In this document: positions 54,299 through 63,362 of the stretch, piece after piece
Layout: the number at the start of each line of letters is the position of its first letter
How positions within the stretch are numbered: the first letter of the stretch is position 1
DNA from: a virus
Strand: one strand, 5' to 3'
Length of the DNA: 64,000 bases
Virus record (IMG/VR): IMGVR_UViG_3300009082_000018
Location: 1 to 64,000 of that record
The notes under the pieces: model-generated
Told to the model about the DNA's origin: nothing
Seen by the model: only the letters and a program-made list of their open reading frames with translations
Databases searched by the model: none
Made by a program: the position numbers and the translations under genes

Positions 54299-54338
54299 TG
54301 ATTCTTTTGCTTGACAAAGAATCATTCATAGGGATAAT
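54299..54338 (+). promoter_or_regulatory. Sigma70-like promoter of the Y RNA-Ro operon with overlapping inverted repeat
   Basis: TTGACA 54311-54316, 16 nt, GATAAT; IR TGATTCTTT/AAAGAATCA. Confidence 0.7.
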
Positions 54339-54343
54339 AGGAT

Positions 54344-54432
54344 CATGAGGGACCGACTGAGTTAGGTTATCAAACTCTCACTTTGATTGGGGCCTCTGGC
54401 CCCGCTCCTAGCTCAACAACTTGTTCCTCATG
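54344..54432 (+). ncRNA. Y RNA-like gene 2 (no tRNA module)
   Basis: CATGAGGGAC(C)GA/TTGTTCCTCATG; second stem; two small hairpins; followed by T6. Confidence 0.75.
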
Positions 54433-54453
54433 TTTTTTGATCTGAAAAGGAGA

Positions 54454-54586
54454 ATTGAGGGACCGACGATTTGGGTTACCTTGGACCTGTTGGGGCTGGT
54501 TCAATTCCAGCTCGGTCACTTAGGTGATCGATAGTGTAGAGGCAGCACAGCAGGAGTGTTCCCAGATCAACAACTTGTTCCTCAAT
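54454..54586 (+). ncRNA. yrlA: Y RNA-like gene 3 (YrlA type)
   Basis: ATTGAGGGAC(C)GA/TTGTTCCTCAAT; T arm GCTGG-TTCAATT-CCAGC, capped acceptor, D arm. Confidence 0.8.
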
Positions 54587-54599
54587 CTTTATTGGCTGT

Positions 54600-54670
54600 G
54601 AGAGTGGACCGCTGATCTTGGGTTACCTTCTTTGGTGAACAACCCCAGGGTCGATCTTTTGTTCGCTCTC
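54600..54670 (+). ncRNA. Y RNA-like gene 4 (minimal)
   Basis: GAGAGTGGAC(C)G/TGTTCGCTCTC; GATCTTGGG/CCCAGGGTC; GGTTACC motif. Confidence 0.7.
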
Positions 54671-54696
54671 CTTTTGTTCGCCCATGGAGGTGGACC

Positions 54697-56298
54697 GTGC
54701 AGAACTTCGGTGGCTCGTTCTCGACTGTTAGCACTCCGCAGACCCAGCCGACCCCGGGCAAGAACGAAATCAAGATGCGCTCCGGTGGCTACGGCTTCGC
54801 CGTGGATGACTGGGTGCGCCTCAACCGGTTTTTGATCATGGGCTCGGAGGGCGGAACCTACTACGCCTCGGAACGCGAGATGACCAAGGTCGCCAGCGAT
54901 GCGGCCATGAGGCTGGTCAGACAGAATGGTGTGGCGGTGGTCAACCACGTCGTCGAGATCAGCCAGTCCGGTCGTGCGTTCAAGAACGATCCGGCGCTGT
55001 GGGTTCTGGCCATGGCATCGCAGCTCGGTGATCAGGCTACCAAAGAGCTGGCGTACAAGTCGCTGCCGTTGGTGGCACGCATCTCGACCCACCTGTTCCA
55101 CTGGCTGCAGTACACCAAGGCCTTCGGGCACCAGGGAGGCAACGGCTTCAAGCGGGCAGTGGCACGATGGTACCTGGAGCAGACACCGGCTCATCTGGCT
55201 CACCAGGTCGTGAAGTATCAGGCTCGTGATGGGTGGTCGCACCTGGACGCTCTTCGGATCGGTCACCCGACTCCGTCGGATGAGCTGTTCCAGGCAATCT
55301 TCCACTACGTCAAGCACGGCAGGACCAAAGATCTGTCGGCGGTTGCGGCGGTTCCGGAAGAGCTGACGCTCATCTGGGCGTGGGAGAAGATCAAAGAGGC
55401 AAAGAACGCCGATGAGGTCGCCAATCTGATCAGTGCTTTCAAGTTGCCGCACGAGTGCGTGCCGAACGAGTGGAAAGACCAGCAGGGGGTCTGGGGTGCG
55501 TTGTTGAACTCGATGGCACCGCACGCCATGCTGCGGAACCTGGGCAAGATGACCTCGGTGGGTCTGCTAGAGGGCAAGTCGGCGGCGGTGCAGAAGGTCG
55601 TGGACACGCTGACGGACATGGAGCGTCTGAAGAAGGCCAGGATGCACCCGATGTCGGTGCTGACTGCGTTGGCGGTCTACCGGACGGGCCGTGGCATCAA
55701 GGGCTCGCTGAGCTGGAACCCGAACCGTCGGGTGATCGACGCGCTCGATGAGGCCTTCTACCTGTCCTTCGGGACAGTGACGCCGACGGGCAAGCGGCTG
55801 CTTCTGGCCCTGGACGTATCAGGGTCGATGGGATCGCCGTGCGCTGGTTCTCCGCTGACCTGCAGGGAGGCGACGGCAGCCATGGCGATGGTCACGGCAC
55901 GGACGGAAGAGGACTACGAGATCGTCGGCTTCTGCGACAGCCTGAAGACGCTGAGCATCTCGCCGAAGCAGCGTCTGGATGACGTCGTGGAGTCGATCTC
56001 CCATCTGTCCTTCGGAGGCACGGACTGCAGCTTGCCGTTCCGTTGGGCGCAGTCCAAGCAGCAGAAGTTCGACGGTGTTATCACCTACACCGACAATGAG
56101 AGTTGGGGAGGTCCAGTGAAGGTTCACCAGGCAATGCAGCAGTATCGCCAGAAGATGGGCACCACAACCAAGGGAGCCTTCGTGGCCTTTGCGGCCAATG
56201 AGTACTCGGTGGCAGACCCGGACGACGCGGGTCAGATGAACTTCGTGGGCCTGGACGCCAACCTGCCACAGGCGCTCTCCAGCTTCATTGGAGAGTAG
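54697..56298 (+). CDS. rsr: Ro60-related TROVE + vWA domain RNA-binding protein
   Basis: RLNRFLIMGSEGGTYY, KYQARDGWSH.D, MLRNL, HPM, LDVSGSM, GGTD, TDNE; GGAGG RBS. Confidence 0.95.
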   Translation: MQNFGGSFSTVSTPQTQPTPGKNEIKMRSGGYGFAVDDWVRLNRFLIMGSEGGTYYASEREMTKVASDAAMRLVRQNGVAVVNHVVEISQSGRAFKNDPALWVLAMASQLGDQATKELAYKSLPLVARISTHLFHWLQYTKAFGHQGGNGFKRAVARWYLEQTPAHLAHQVVKYQARDGWSHLDALRIGHPTPSDELFQAIFHYVKHGRTKDLSAVAAVPEELTLIWAWEKIKEAKNADEVANLISAFKLPHECVPNEWKDQQGVWGALLNSMAPHAMLRNLGKMTSVGLLEGKSAAVQKVVDTLTDMERLKKARMHPMSVLTALAVYRTGRGIKGSLSWNPNRRVIDALDEAFYLSFGTVTPTGKRLLLALDVSGSMGSPCAGSPLTCREATAAMAMVTARTEEDYEIVGFCDSLKTLSISPKQRLDDVVESISHLSFGGTDCSLPFRWAQSKQQKFDGVITYTDNESWGGPVKVHQAMQQYRQKMGTTTKGAFVAFAANEYSVADPDDAGQMNFVGLDANLPQALSSFIGE

Positions 56299-56301
56299 CT
56301 C

Positions 56302-56511
56302 ATGCCCCGCCGCCCAGAAGACCAACCGCAAACCCCACCTGAGGTCTTCACCGTCCGCCTGCAAGGTCAGGATGCGGCGGACTTCCGTCGTCTGCAATCA
56401 GCAGCTGCAGCTGAGGTCCCTCCAGGAGCCCGGCAGACTCGTCACAGCTTTGCTGTCTGGTTGCTGAAATTGGGGATGAAAGCGATCGAGACGGTCAAGC
56501 GGAAGCGCTAG
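56302..56511 (+). CDS. Small putative DNA-binding (RHH-like) protein
   Basis: VFTVRL strand followed by two helices; GGAG RBS. Confidence 0.45.
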   Translation: MPRRPEDQPQTPPEVFTVRLQGQDAADFRRLQSAAAAEVPPGARQTRHSFAVWLLKLGMKAIETVKRKR

Positions 56512-56634
56512 CTGTTGCTGCTGCCTAGGTCTCCAGCAGGTCCCACACCATCCCTAGAGATGACGTTTCCGTGCTCGTCCACGTCCACGTTCAGTGCTGG
56601 CAGCTCACCACTGCTGATGTAGTTTCCAATTCTC

Positions 56635-56904
56635 CTATGGTTTCTTTTCTGGCTCTCCCGATGGTGGTTCTGGCTCCTTTGGAGTCGGCACAGGCTTGGA
56701 TACCTGAAAGACCTTGCACCGGACGGCTAGGAACAGCTCTCCTTCCTGCACACCAGTGATCCGCATTTTGGAATCGTTGTCAAGCTCGATCCTATAGCTC
56801 TCCTGGTGCAGCATCTGATGGAAGATCGCCAGCAGCTGCTCAGACATCTGCTTCGGAGATAGGTTTCGTTTACCTGAACGAGGACGTTTTTGTTGTGCAG
56901 ACAT
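56635..56904 (-). CDS. Hypothetical protein
   Basis: Last gene of the minus-strand operon. Confidence 0.5.
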   Translation of the reverse strand: MSAQQKRPRSGKRNLSPKQMSEQLLAIFHQMLHQESYRIELDNDSKMRITGVQEGELFLAVRCKVFQVSKPVPTPKEPEPPSGEPEKKP

Positions 56905-57532
56905 CTTTGATAGTCGCCGAAATCGCGTCCCAGTCCGGAACGGCAGTGGTTGGATCCCAGATCAGTCTGGAAACCTTTACAGCGTGTCCCCAAGGCATCA
57001 AGCCAGACTCAGCTTCTTGCAGGAGCTTCTGGTAGCCTTCGTTGAGTCGCTCGAGGTAGTCGATAGCCACAGCTGCCTCAGCCCCACGGTTCCGCTGTCG
57101 CATACGTTCGTATGCCGTCTTCGGCTGAACGTCAAGGAAGATCAGTTTGGTGGGTGGAAGAAGCTCGTGGCACATGACGTTGTAGCAGTACTCGTAGGTA
57201 TCCCAGTCGAGCTGGTTGATGTTACCCATTGCAGTGTGCAGGCTGGCGAAGACTCGGTCACCGCTGAGAGAGCGATCGAGAATCGCGCCGGCAAAGGGCC
57301 CAACTCCCAGAGAGATGAGGGCAGCCATTTTCTGCATTGCGTACCTTCGATGCAAAAGGTAGATCTGCATTCCAAAGGCATAGGTCTTTGGGTCCTGGTA
57401 GAACTTCTCCAGGTATGGGTTGGTGTCGACTGGCTCTTCGATGACGGAGAAGTTGAGCCGCTTTCCGACTTCGCGGGAGAACGTGGTTTTTCCACAGCCA
57501 ATGATTCCTTCTACCCAGAGTAGAGGCTTCAT
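56870..57532 (-). CDS. Deoxynucleoside kinase (dNK family)
   Basis: VEGIIGCGKTT, EEPV, DRS, R.R.R..E; start overlaps the thyX stop. Confidence 0.9.
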   Translation of the reverse strand: MKPLLWVEGIIGCGKTTFSREVGKRLNFSVIEEPVDTNPYLEKFYQDPKTYAFGMQIYLLHRRYAMQKMAALISLGVGPFAGAILDRSLSGDRVFASLHTAMGNINQLDWDTYEYCYNVMCHELLPPTKLIFLDVQPKTAYERMRQRNRGAEAAVAIDYLERLNEGYQKLLQEAESGLMPWGHAVKVSRLIWDPTTAVPDWDAISATIKDVCTTKTSSFR

Positions 57533-58149
57533 GCCAATACCTCGCGGTAGTCTGCAAATACCTCGGGGCAGTTCTCGAGAAGGATGCGGCCGATCATGAT
57601 AGCAACCTCTCGCATCTGTGGGTGAGCCTTGGTCGACGTCCTCATCTTGAGGAAGTGGCGCCACTCACGCAGGTTTGCTGTCGCCACCAGCTCGGTCTTG
57701 AGGCAGGTGGGTAGGACAGAACGGGCGATCTCAGGCGGCACTCCCATGGTGATCATTCCGAGGTAGCTGTGTTCTGCCATGCGAATGGAGGCTATCCACA
57801 GATCTCTAGTCTCCCCTGTGAGTCCTGGAGGCTCGATGACAGTGATCTCTCCCCCGAATTTGTCCTTGCCATAGTTGCAGTAGCGCGTCGACTCCTGCGA
57901 GTAGCTCATGAGCCTGTGTCGAACGAACTCGTGGCTCACGCCTCGGTCGCAGACCACCCTGAAACTGGCCCAGCCGTGTTCGATCACGGACTCGTGACCG
58001 CGCTCGAGAAGCATCTTCACGAACTTGGCTGCGCTCTCAGCTGTGATCTTGTCCTCGGACTTGTAGCAAGTCCGCCCGCACACCTCGATGAGCTTCTGGG
58101 CGTTGGGGATGATGAACTCCCGCTTGACTGACTGCCACACAATCTTCAT
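57529..58149 (-). CDS. thyX: Flavin-dependent thymidylate synthase
   Basis: GHESVIEH, HEFVRHR..SYSQESTRY, ARSVLP, NLREWRHF. Confidence 0.95.
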   Translation of the reverse strand: MKIVWQSVKREFIIPNAQKLIEVCGRTCYKSEDKITAESAAKFVKMLLERGHESVIEHGWASFRVVCDRGVSHEFVRHRLMSYSQESTRYCNYGKDKFGGEITVIEPPGLTGETRDLWIASIRMAEHSYLGMITMGVPPEIARSVLPTCLKTELVATANLREWRHFLKMRTSTKAHPQMREVAIMIGRILLENCPEVFADYREVLA

Positions 58150-58358
58150 TGTGCTCCTCCTTGCAGGCACAGCAAGATGATTCCGAGGTTGGTCTTGTCG
58201 AACTGGTACGTATCACCAGATTCTTCTCGTACCTTTCTCAGATGTGCTATCAAGTCCTTGCTCTGCACTGCGTTCATCATCAAGATCGTTCTGATCTTGT
58301 TGGTTTTAGCTGGCGGTGGTGTCGTCTTTGGCTTGATCTTGGGTGGCGTTTTCTGCAT
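58146..58358 (-). CDS. Hypothetical protein
   Basis: Stop overlaps the thyX start. Confidence 0.45.
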   Translation of the reverse strand: MQKTPPKIKPKTTPPPAKTNKIRTILMMNAVQSKDLIAHLRKVREESGDTYQFDKTNLGIILLCLQGGAQ

Positions 58359-58926
58359 TCAGCTCTCCCAGTAGCATGTGGTCGATCATCTTGTCGACTT
58401 GGTCTCGAAGAGCATCGAGAGACCCATTGTTGTCCAGCTCATAGTCCCAGTGCGGGTATCCATCCAAGGCGATCTCCGAATCATGTGTGTCCATACTCGG
58501 ATCGAATGGAACATCTCTTTTGCAACGAACCATGAAGCCGCCAAGATGCTTGATCGCCGCAGCCTCGTTGGAGAAGCGCAGATCGGTGACCAGAATCGAG
58601 GTGTGCTGGTCCTGCTGGACTCGCCGGACGAAGGTCTTCACCCAGATCTGGTCGTCGATCACTTTCCGCATGGCTTCAGTGCCGGCGTACTGCAGGGCCC
58701 AGCGCGGTGTGAATCCCCAATATGGATCAGGAATGCCTTTGAGGTCACCGTAGAGTTGCTCATCGTTGAAGCCGAAGACAACCCTGCACATTTCCTTCAG
58801 GGAGTAGGCGAAGGCGTCGTGGCGCACTTTCATGCCCCTTGTTTGCAGGTTCTCAAAGGCCATGGCTGCTGCTGTGTCTTTGCCTCTGCACCTTTTATGG
58901 CCGAAGCCGATGATCAATCGTCTCAC
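58306..58926 (-). CDS. Deoxynucleoside monophosphate kinase
   Basis: IIGFGH...GKDT, FA..LK, TPRWALQ..GTE, TDLRF.NE, H.SE; GTG start after AGGAG. Confidence 0.9.
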   Translation of the reverse strand: MRRLIIGFGHKRCRGKDTAAAMAFENLQTRGMKVRHDAFAYSLKEMCRVVFGFNDEQLYGDLKGIPDPYWGFTPRWALQYAGTEAMRKVIDDQIWVKTFVRRVQQDQHTSILVTDLRFSNEAAAIKHLGGFMVRCKRDVPFDPSMDTHDSEIALDGYPHWDYELDNNGSLDALRDQVDKMIDHMLLGELNAENATQDQAKDDTTAS

Positions 58927-58936
58927 AATGATCTCC

Positions 58937-59422
58937 TCAGAATGTGATATCGTCGCCTTCGAACAGGATATCGATCTGATTATCCTTGAAGTGCTTGACT
59001 TCGTCTTCGTCGTACACAGTTCTCGACAACGCATCCGCTTCGGTGTTCTTTTCTCTGGGAATCCACTGGAAGGTGACACCCCGACCGTAACGAGCCTTGG
59101 CTTTGATCACCATTTCGTGAAGAGGAACCAATTTCTCGTCACGGCATTCCCAGGTACCGCTACACTGGTTCACGATGAGCTGTGAATCTGACTTGATAAT
59201 GACGGGTTGTCTTTTCCCCACAGGAAGCTTGATCAACCACAGCATGGCCGCAATCACGGCATGGTATTCTCCGATATTGTTGGTTGCCAGAGCACCTCCT
59301 TTGACCGAGATACCGGCCTCTTGGTGTACTAGGTTCTGTCCGTTTTTGACGATGAAGGCCCAAGACACAATGCCGCCTGGGTTGAACGGCTCAATTGAGC
59401 TGTCAGTGTTGATGAACAACAT
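58937..59422 (-). CDS. rnhA: Ribonuclease HI
   Basis: TD, TNNIGEY, DSQLIVNQ, WIPREKN..AD. Confidence 0.9.
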   Translation of the reverse strand: MLFINTDSSIEPFNPGGIVSWAFIVKNGQNLVHQEAGISVKGGALATNNIGEYHAVIAAMLWLIKLPVGKRQPVIIKSDSQLIVNQCSGTWECRDEKLVPLHEMVIKAKARYGRGVTFQWIPREKNTEADALSRTVYDEDEVKHFKDNQIDILFEGDDITF

Positions 59423-59643
59423 CTAATCCTCTTCTCCCTCGTCGAAGCTATCCGGGTCTTTCTCCTTGAATGGCTTCTGCAGGCACCAGTAGAAGTCGAC
59501 ACACGGAGGTCTCGTCCCACCACCAGAGCAGATGCTCATCAGCAGGAGGCGCCACGGTCTCTTCAAGTAGAATCGGCAGTAGGACTTGACATTCGCCAGG
59601 CCACCTTCCTTGTGCGACAGCTTTGGGATGTCGCCCAGATCTT

Positions 59644-59892
59644 CTACTGGGCTTCCGGCCAGCTTCCCTTTTCCAGCCTTTCGTAGCTCTGGTGTCGGAT
59701 GTTCTGGTGGAAGTACTTCCCCGATGACTCCGCATTCAGGATCTCTTCCATCTCGTGTGCTAGATCCGGATAGCGGTACATCTCCCCGTTCCTGAACTGG
59801 ACGATCAGGAAGTCGTCCTTTGTCCCCACGGCGGATAAATTGGAAGACCTTACCTCGACCCATTGATCAACCTCAAAGTCTGGATGGCTCAT
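59644..59892 (-). CDS. KTSC domain protein
   Basis: V.SSNL..VG...L.VQF.NG..Y.Y...AES.GKYF..NIR. Confidence 0.85.
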   Translation of the reverse strand: MSHPDFEVDQWVEVRSSNLSAVGTKDDFLIVQFRNGEMYRYPDLAHEMEEILNAESSGKYFHQNIRHQSYERLEKGSWPEAQ

Positions 59893-59901
59893 AGTTTGAT
59901 C

Positions 59902-61764
59902 CTAACCAAATGTCATGAGTGGCACGCGCCGCAATCGTTCCAAGGCGATGTTGCAGAAGTTCCACGCATGCACGCTGTGCGGATCCAGACCGAGGTTAAC
60001 CCACTCCATTCTGAACGTGCCAGTTTCCTCGTTGACGACAGCCTTTTGCCGAACGATTTTCGTGGCATGCAAGTAGAAGTAGTTGCGGAAAATCGCCTGG
60101 GGTTCGTAGCGGCCGGTCTCAAGGCCACGGGCCATTTGGATCAGCGTGCTTGGGGCAGGCCACTCGCAATTGCGGTGGGCAATCTCAGCAAGTGCGAAAT
60201 CGATCGACATGTAACGGTTGAGAACGCAAGTGTACTTGAACTTGAGTCCTGGTCCACCCTTGCGGACGTTCATCTTGTCCTTGGGACGGTCTCCCCACTG
60301 CACAATGTCTCTCTGAGTGCCATGGCTATCGAGGTACCAGGCCACAAAGACACGTCGTGGGAAAGTACGAGCGAAGTCGATCGCCTCATTGGAGTTAGGC
60401 ATGGCGTCGATGATGCACAGATCGACGTCGTACTCCTTCATCAATTGGTAGAGGCGCTTGAACGGAGTGATCCGCTGCCCACCTTCGTAGTACATCGGAT
60501 TCATGCTGTCGATGATCTCGTAATGGATTATTCTCTTCTTTCCAGGTTGGCGCTCCGCGATGACCACGTAGTTGTTGCCTGACATCTGGTCCACGCCCAT
60601 GGCGACCTGGCTCTTGCGGCCCTTGACAGGGCCCCACAGGATGTCTGTGTTCTCGCATGCGATCAGATCATCTGTGCTGACCGGGACGTTTTCAGCATCG
60701 ACGTATGGCTTGCCCAGCTTGGCGTTGTGGAACTCTTTCAGGTTTTGGGTCGTGGTAAAGGCACGCCAGATCTCTGCCGGCGATATGAACTTCGACATCA
60801 TCTGGTGGATGTGGTAGCTGGAGACGTCCACGCCAGGATTGTGCGGTATGAATCGGCCATTCTGGGGATCGTTGATCCTCATCTTGCAACGGGGGCATCG
60901 GTAGTAGATCTCCTTGTCAGTGATGGCCATGCAATCTGGCCACACCTCAGACAAGATCACTCCGTCAGGGCAGTTACACTTAGAGTGCCAGTAATTCTGA
61001 GTACCCTGAATGAACTGCCGGTGAATGTCCGCGTGTGGATAGCCGGCGGTGGAAACTTGCATGATCCATTTGAAGATGCTGTGGCTTACGCGTTCCCTCG
61101 CTTGGTCGATGTCCGCTGCATTCATCAGTCGGACTTCGTCGAAGGCTAGCATGTCAAATGGGGTAGAGTCCTTGGAGGCGACGCCGCCGAGGTGGCGCAT
61201 GTAGAGGGAAGACTTGGCTCCTACCTTTTTGAATCCGATGGTGTCAGTGTCTTGAACGGCATCAGCTAACTCTGGGTTGCTCATCACCAGGGGATAGAGC
61301 CGATCTTTGGACAGCAGGGCTACATCATCCTGGGTGGGGAAGAAGAAGCAAGCCTTGACCGAACGGTATAGGCAGAACCAGAAGAGCTTGAGCAGAACGA
61401 AGATCGTGGCACCCATCTGGGCGCTCTTCATTAGCACAAATTCCTTGTTTCGATCCAGATACATCGGAATAAGGTACTTGTGCGAGTCTATGTCAAACGG
61501 TTTGTGATCAACCTCGATACCTGTTGTGCAAGCCCATAGCAGGAAGTTCTCTTGCTTGAGGGCATTCAACTGGTCTGGGCTAACACTAGCCGGAGAGATT
61601 GAGCTGATACCTGAGAAGTCATGGGCCTGCTGCGATGGCATCAGGTTACCAAGGACATCTTGGATTGGCTGCTCGTCTTTCTTGATTTTTACGGCCTGCC
61701 GTGTCGGTTTGATCTTGACCGCTGTCCTTTTGGGAGGCGGGTTCTTCTTGATCTCTTCGTTCAT
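59902..61764 (-). CDS. Terminase large subunit (GpA-like)
   Basis: KSAQMGAT Walker A, FDEV Walker B, STA, C..C, GVD nuclease motif. Confidence 0.85.
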   Translation of the reverse strand: MNEEIKKNPPPKRTAVKIKPTRQAVKIKKDEQPIQDVLGNLMPSQQAHDFSGISSISPASVSPDQLNALKQENFLLWACTTGIEVDHKPFDIDSHKYLIPMYLDRNKEFVLMKSAQMGATIFVLLKLFWFCLYRSVKACFFFPTQDDVALLSKDRLYPLVMSNPELADAVQDTDTIGFKKVGAKSSLYMRHLGGVASKDSTPFDMLAFDEVRLMNAADIDQARERVSHSIFKWIMQVSTAGYPHADIHRQFIQGTQNYWHSKCNCPDGVILSEVWPDCMAITDKEIYYRCPRCKMRINDPQNGRFIPHNPGVDVSSYHIHQMMSKFISPAEIWRAFTTTQNLKEFHNAKLGKPYVDAENVPVSTDDLIACENTDILWGPVKGRKSQVAMGVDQMSGNNYVVIAERQPGKKRIIHYEIIDSMNPMYYEGGQRITPFKRLYQLMKEYDVDLCIIDAMPNSNEAIDFARTFPRRVFVAWYLDSHGTQRDIVQWGDRPKDKMNVRKGGPGLKFKYTCVLNRYMSIDFALAEIAHRNCEWPAPSTLIQMARGLETGRYEPQAIFRNYFYLHATKIVRQKAVVNEETGTFRMEWVNLGLDPHSVHAWNFCNIALERLRRVPLMTFG

Positions 61765-62303
61765 GACCGTCTTCCCGGGTCTTGGAACACTTCTCTATCC
61801 GTCAAGAATATGATCTCGTCAGCGGCGTTGTGCAGCAGACTCGAGGCGACATTCTGAAAAGTGATCACTTCAACTCGCTTGTTCAACCTCTTCAACCTCT
61901 CAAGCAACAGAGCGTAGTCACCGTCACCAGAAACCAGCACGAAGGTGTCGAAGGTATCGATGTCGCTGATAGCGTCAACGGCAATTCCAACATCCCAATC
62001 CGTGGCATACGGCTTGAGAAGACCTTTTTCGATCCTCATATCTCTGGTCTTCACTGTGAAACCAAGGTTGCGGAGTGATCGCAGGAAGCGAGCATTCTGA
62101 GCGGGCTGCTTGTCGCTGCCTTGGACGGTCACAGCATAGGCAACGATCTTCGCTTGTCGCGGCATGTTCGCGAACTGTCTGGAACAGATCAGCTGCTTCA
62201 GAGATGAGTAGCTGACCCTCGCGTCCCTGCCATGGATCTCCCGGCAGGAATGCCAGAGGTTGTTCACGTCGATGGCGACGTATGCACGCTCAGCCTGGCT
62301 CAT
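61761..62303 (-). CDS. NYN/LabA-like PIN-fold protein
   Basis: IDVNN, DWDV.IAVD, LVSGDGDY. Confidence 0.9.
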   Translation of the reverse strand: MSQAERAYVAIDVNNLWHSCREIHGRDARVSYSSLKQLICSRQFANMPRQAKIVAYAVTVQGSDKQPAQNARFLRSLRNLGFTVKTRDMRIEKGLLKPYATDWDVGIAVDAISDIDTFDTFVLVSGDGDYALLLERLKRLNKRVEVITFQNVASSLLHNAADEIIFLTDREVFQDPGRRS

Positions 62304-62392
62304 TCTATTTCTTCAGCTCATTGTCCTTGCATGTGCAACGCAGCACGGGTTGTCTGCACTTGGAGCATCGTGGGACCTCGGGTGTCTTAGGC

Positions 62393-62971
62393 TTAGGCTC
62401 TTCTTGGGGGCGGCCTTTTTTCGACTTGTCTGACATTGATCTCTCCTGGGTCTTGACCCTTCATCTGCAGCATGCCGTAGGTGGCGATCAAAGATGCGTC
62501 GGATCGACCGTCCAGGGATAGAACTTTGCCTCGTGGCTTGGTCAGCGGCAGTGTGGGGTACAGCCGCTGGCACTTCGTCATCGACCTGGCTTTGGGGTCT
62601 CCTGCCGGCACATCTCTCAACACCACCTTGGTCCACGTAGCGGGGTGGACTATATCATATTTGATCCCCAATCCGATACAGATTCCTTCCCACAAACCGA
62701 ACCCTCGTCCCGTCTTGAACGTGGAGCTGAGCCCTTGCTTGGGCATTGCCTGGGCCTGTTCCAACCAGACCATGACGTTGTCGCTCAAAGCCATGAATTC
62801 TCTGAGTATGTTGCCCATCTCAGCGGTGGCGAAGTCGTGCTTGACCTTGCCCTTCTTGCCGAGGTTGACGGTTGGGGTGTCCCTGTAGTCCACCAGGCGG
62901 AAGTTCACGTCGACGACGACGATCGCTCCCAAGAGTCCGTTGTCGATCCCAATTACTAACGGCTTTCCCAC
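62393..62971 (-). CDS. RuvC-like Holliday junction resolvase
   Basis: IGIDNG..GA, LE, P.QG.SS.F..G..FG, P..W, DGRSDA.LIA. Confidence 0.85.
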   Translation of the reverse strand: MGKPLVIGIDNGLLGAIVVVDVNFRLVDYRDTPTVNLGKKGKVKHDFATAEMGNILREFMALSDNVMVWLEQAQAMPKQGLSSTFKTGRGFGLWEGICIGLGIKYDIVHPATWTKVVLRDVPAGDPKARSMTKCQRLYPTLPLTKPRGKVLSLDGRSDASLIATYGMLQMKGQDPGEINVRQVEKRPPPRRA

Positions 62972-62992
62972 AGGGACACCCCTTCCATCGGA

Positions 62993-63325
62993 CTACGCGA
63001 GATGATCTTTGAGCTTGTCGACATAGCCATTGGCAATGCCGACATCCACCCAGTCCAGGAATGCTCTCTGGTCGGCGACCTTGGACGAGAGAGAGCCATT
63101 CACCGGGGGGATTCCTGCCGCCTTTCTCGGAGCCCTCTTGACCTTGGCACCGCTGGCCAAAGCCAGCTCACCTTTTTTCTTGAGCTGGCTCTTCATCGTT
63201 GCGAAGTACGATGACGAAAGCACACCCGGAGTCGCTTTGTCGAAGTCCTTGAACGTGCCTTGTGGGTCAGTCAGAAGGAACTTCCTGACCAGATCGATTT
63301 TGGAACCACTCTTCTTTGACATCAT
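62993..63325 (-). CDS. Hypothetical basic protein
   Basis: ATG after GGAGG. Confidence 0.55.
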   Translation of the reverse strand: MMSKKSGSKIDLVRKFLLTDPQGTFKDFDKATPGVLSSSYFATMKSQLKKKGELALASGAKVKRAPRKAAGIPPVNGSLSSKVADQRAFLDWVDVGIANGYVDKLKDHLA

Positions 63326-63362
63326 AGCCTCCTGTTGAGCCACTGATTGGCTCGGCAACGGA

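Noticed and set aside
54344-54670. CRISPR-like array from the repeated GGACCG...TTGTTC
   Set aside because: The repeats are the two strands of a stem with structured inserts of unequal length; no cas genes; next to Ro60
59423-59863. 146-aa minus-strand ORF
   Set aside because: Half overlaps the KTSC gene; only the 3' part may be a small gene and I cannot place a start
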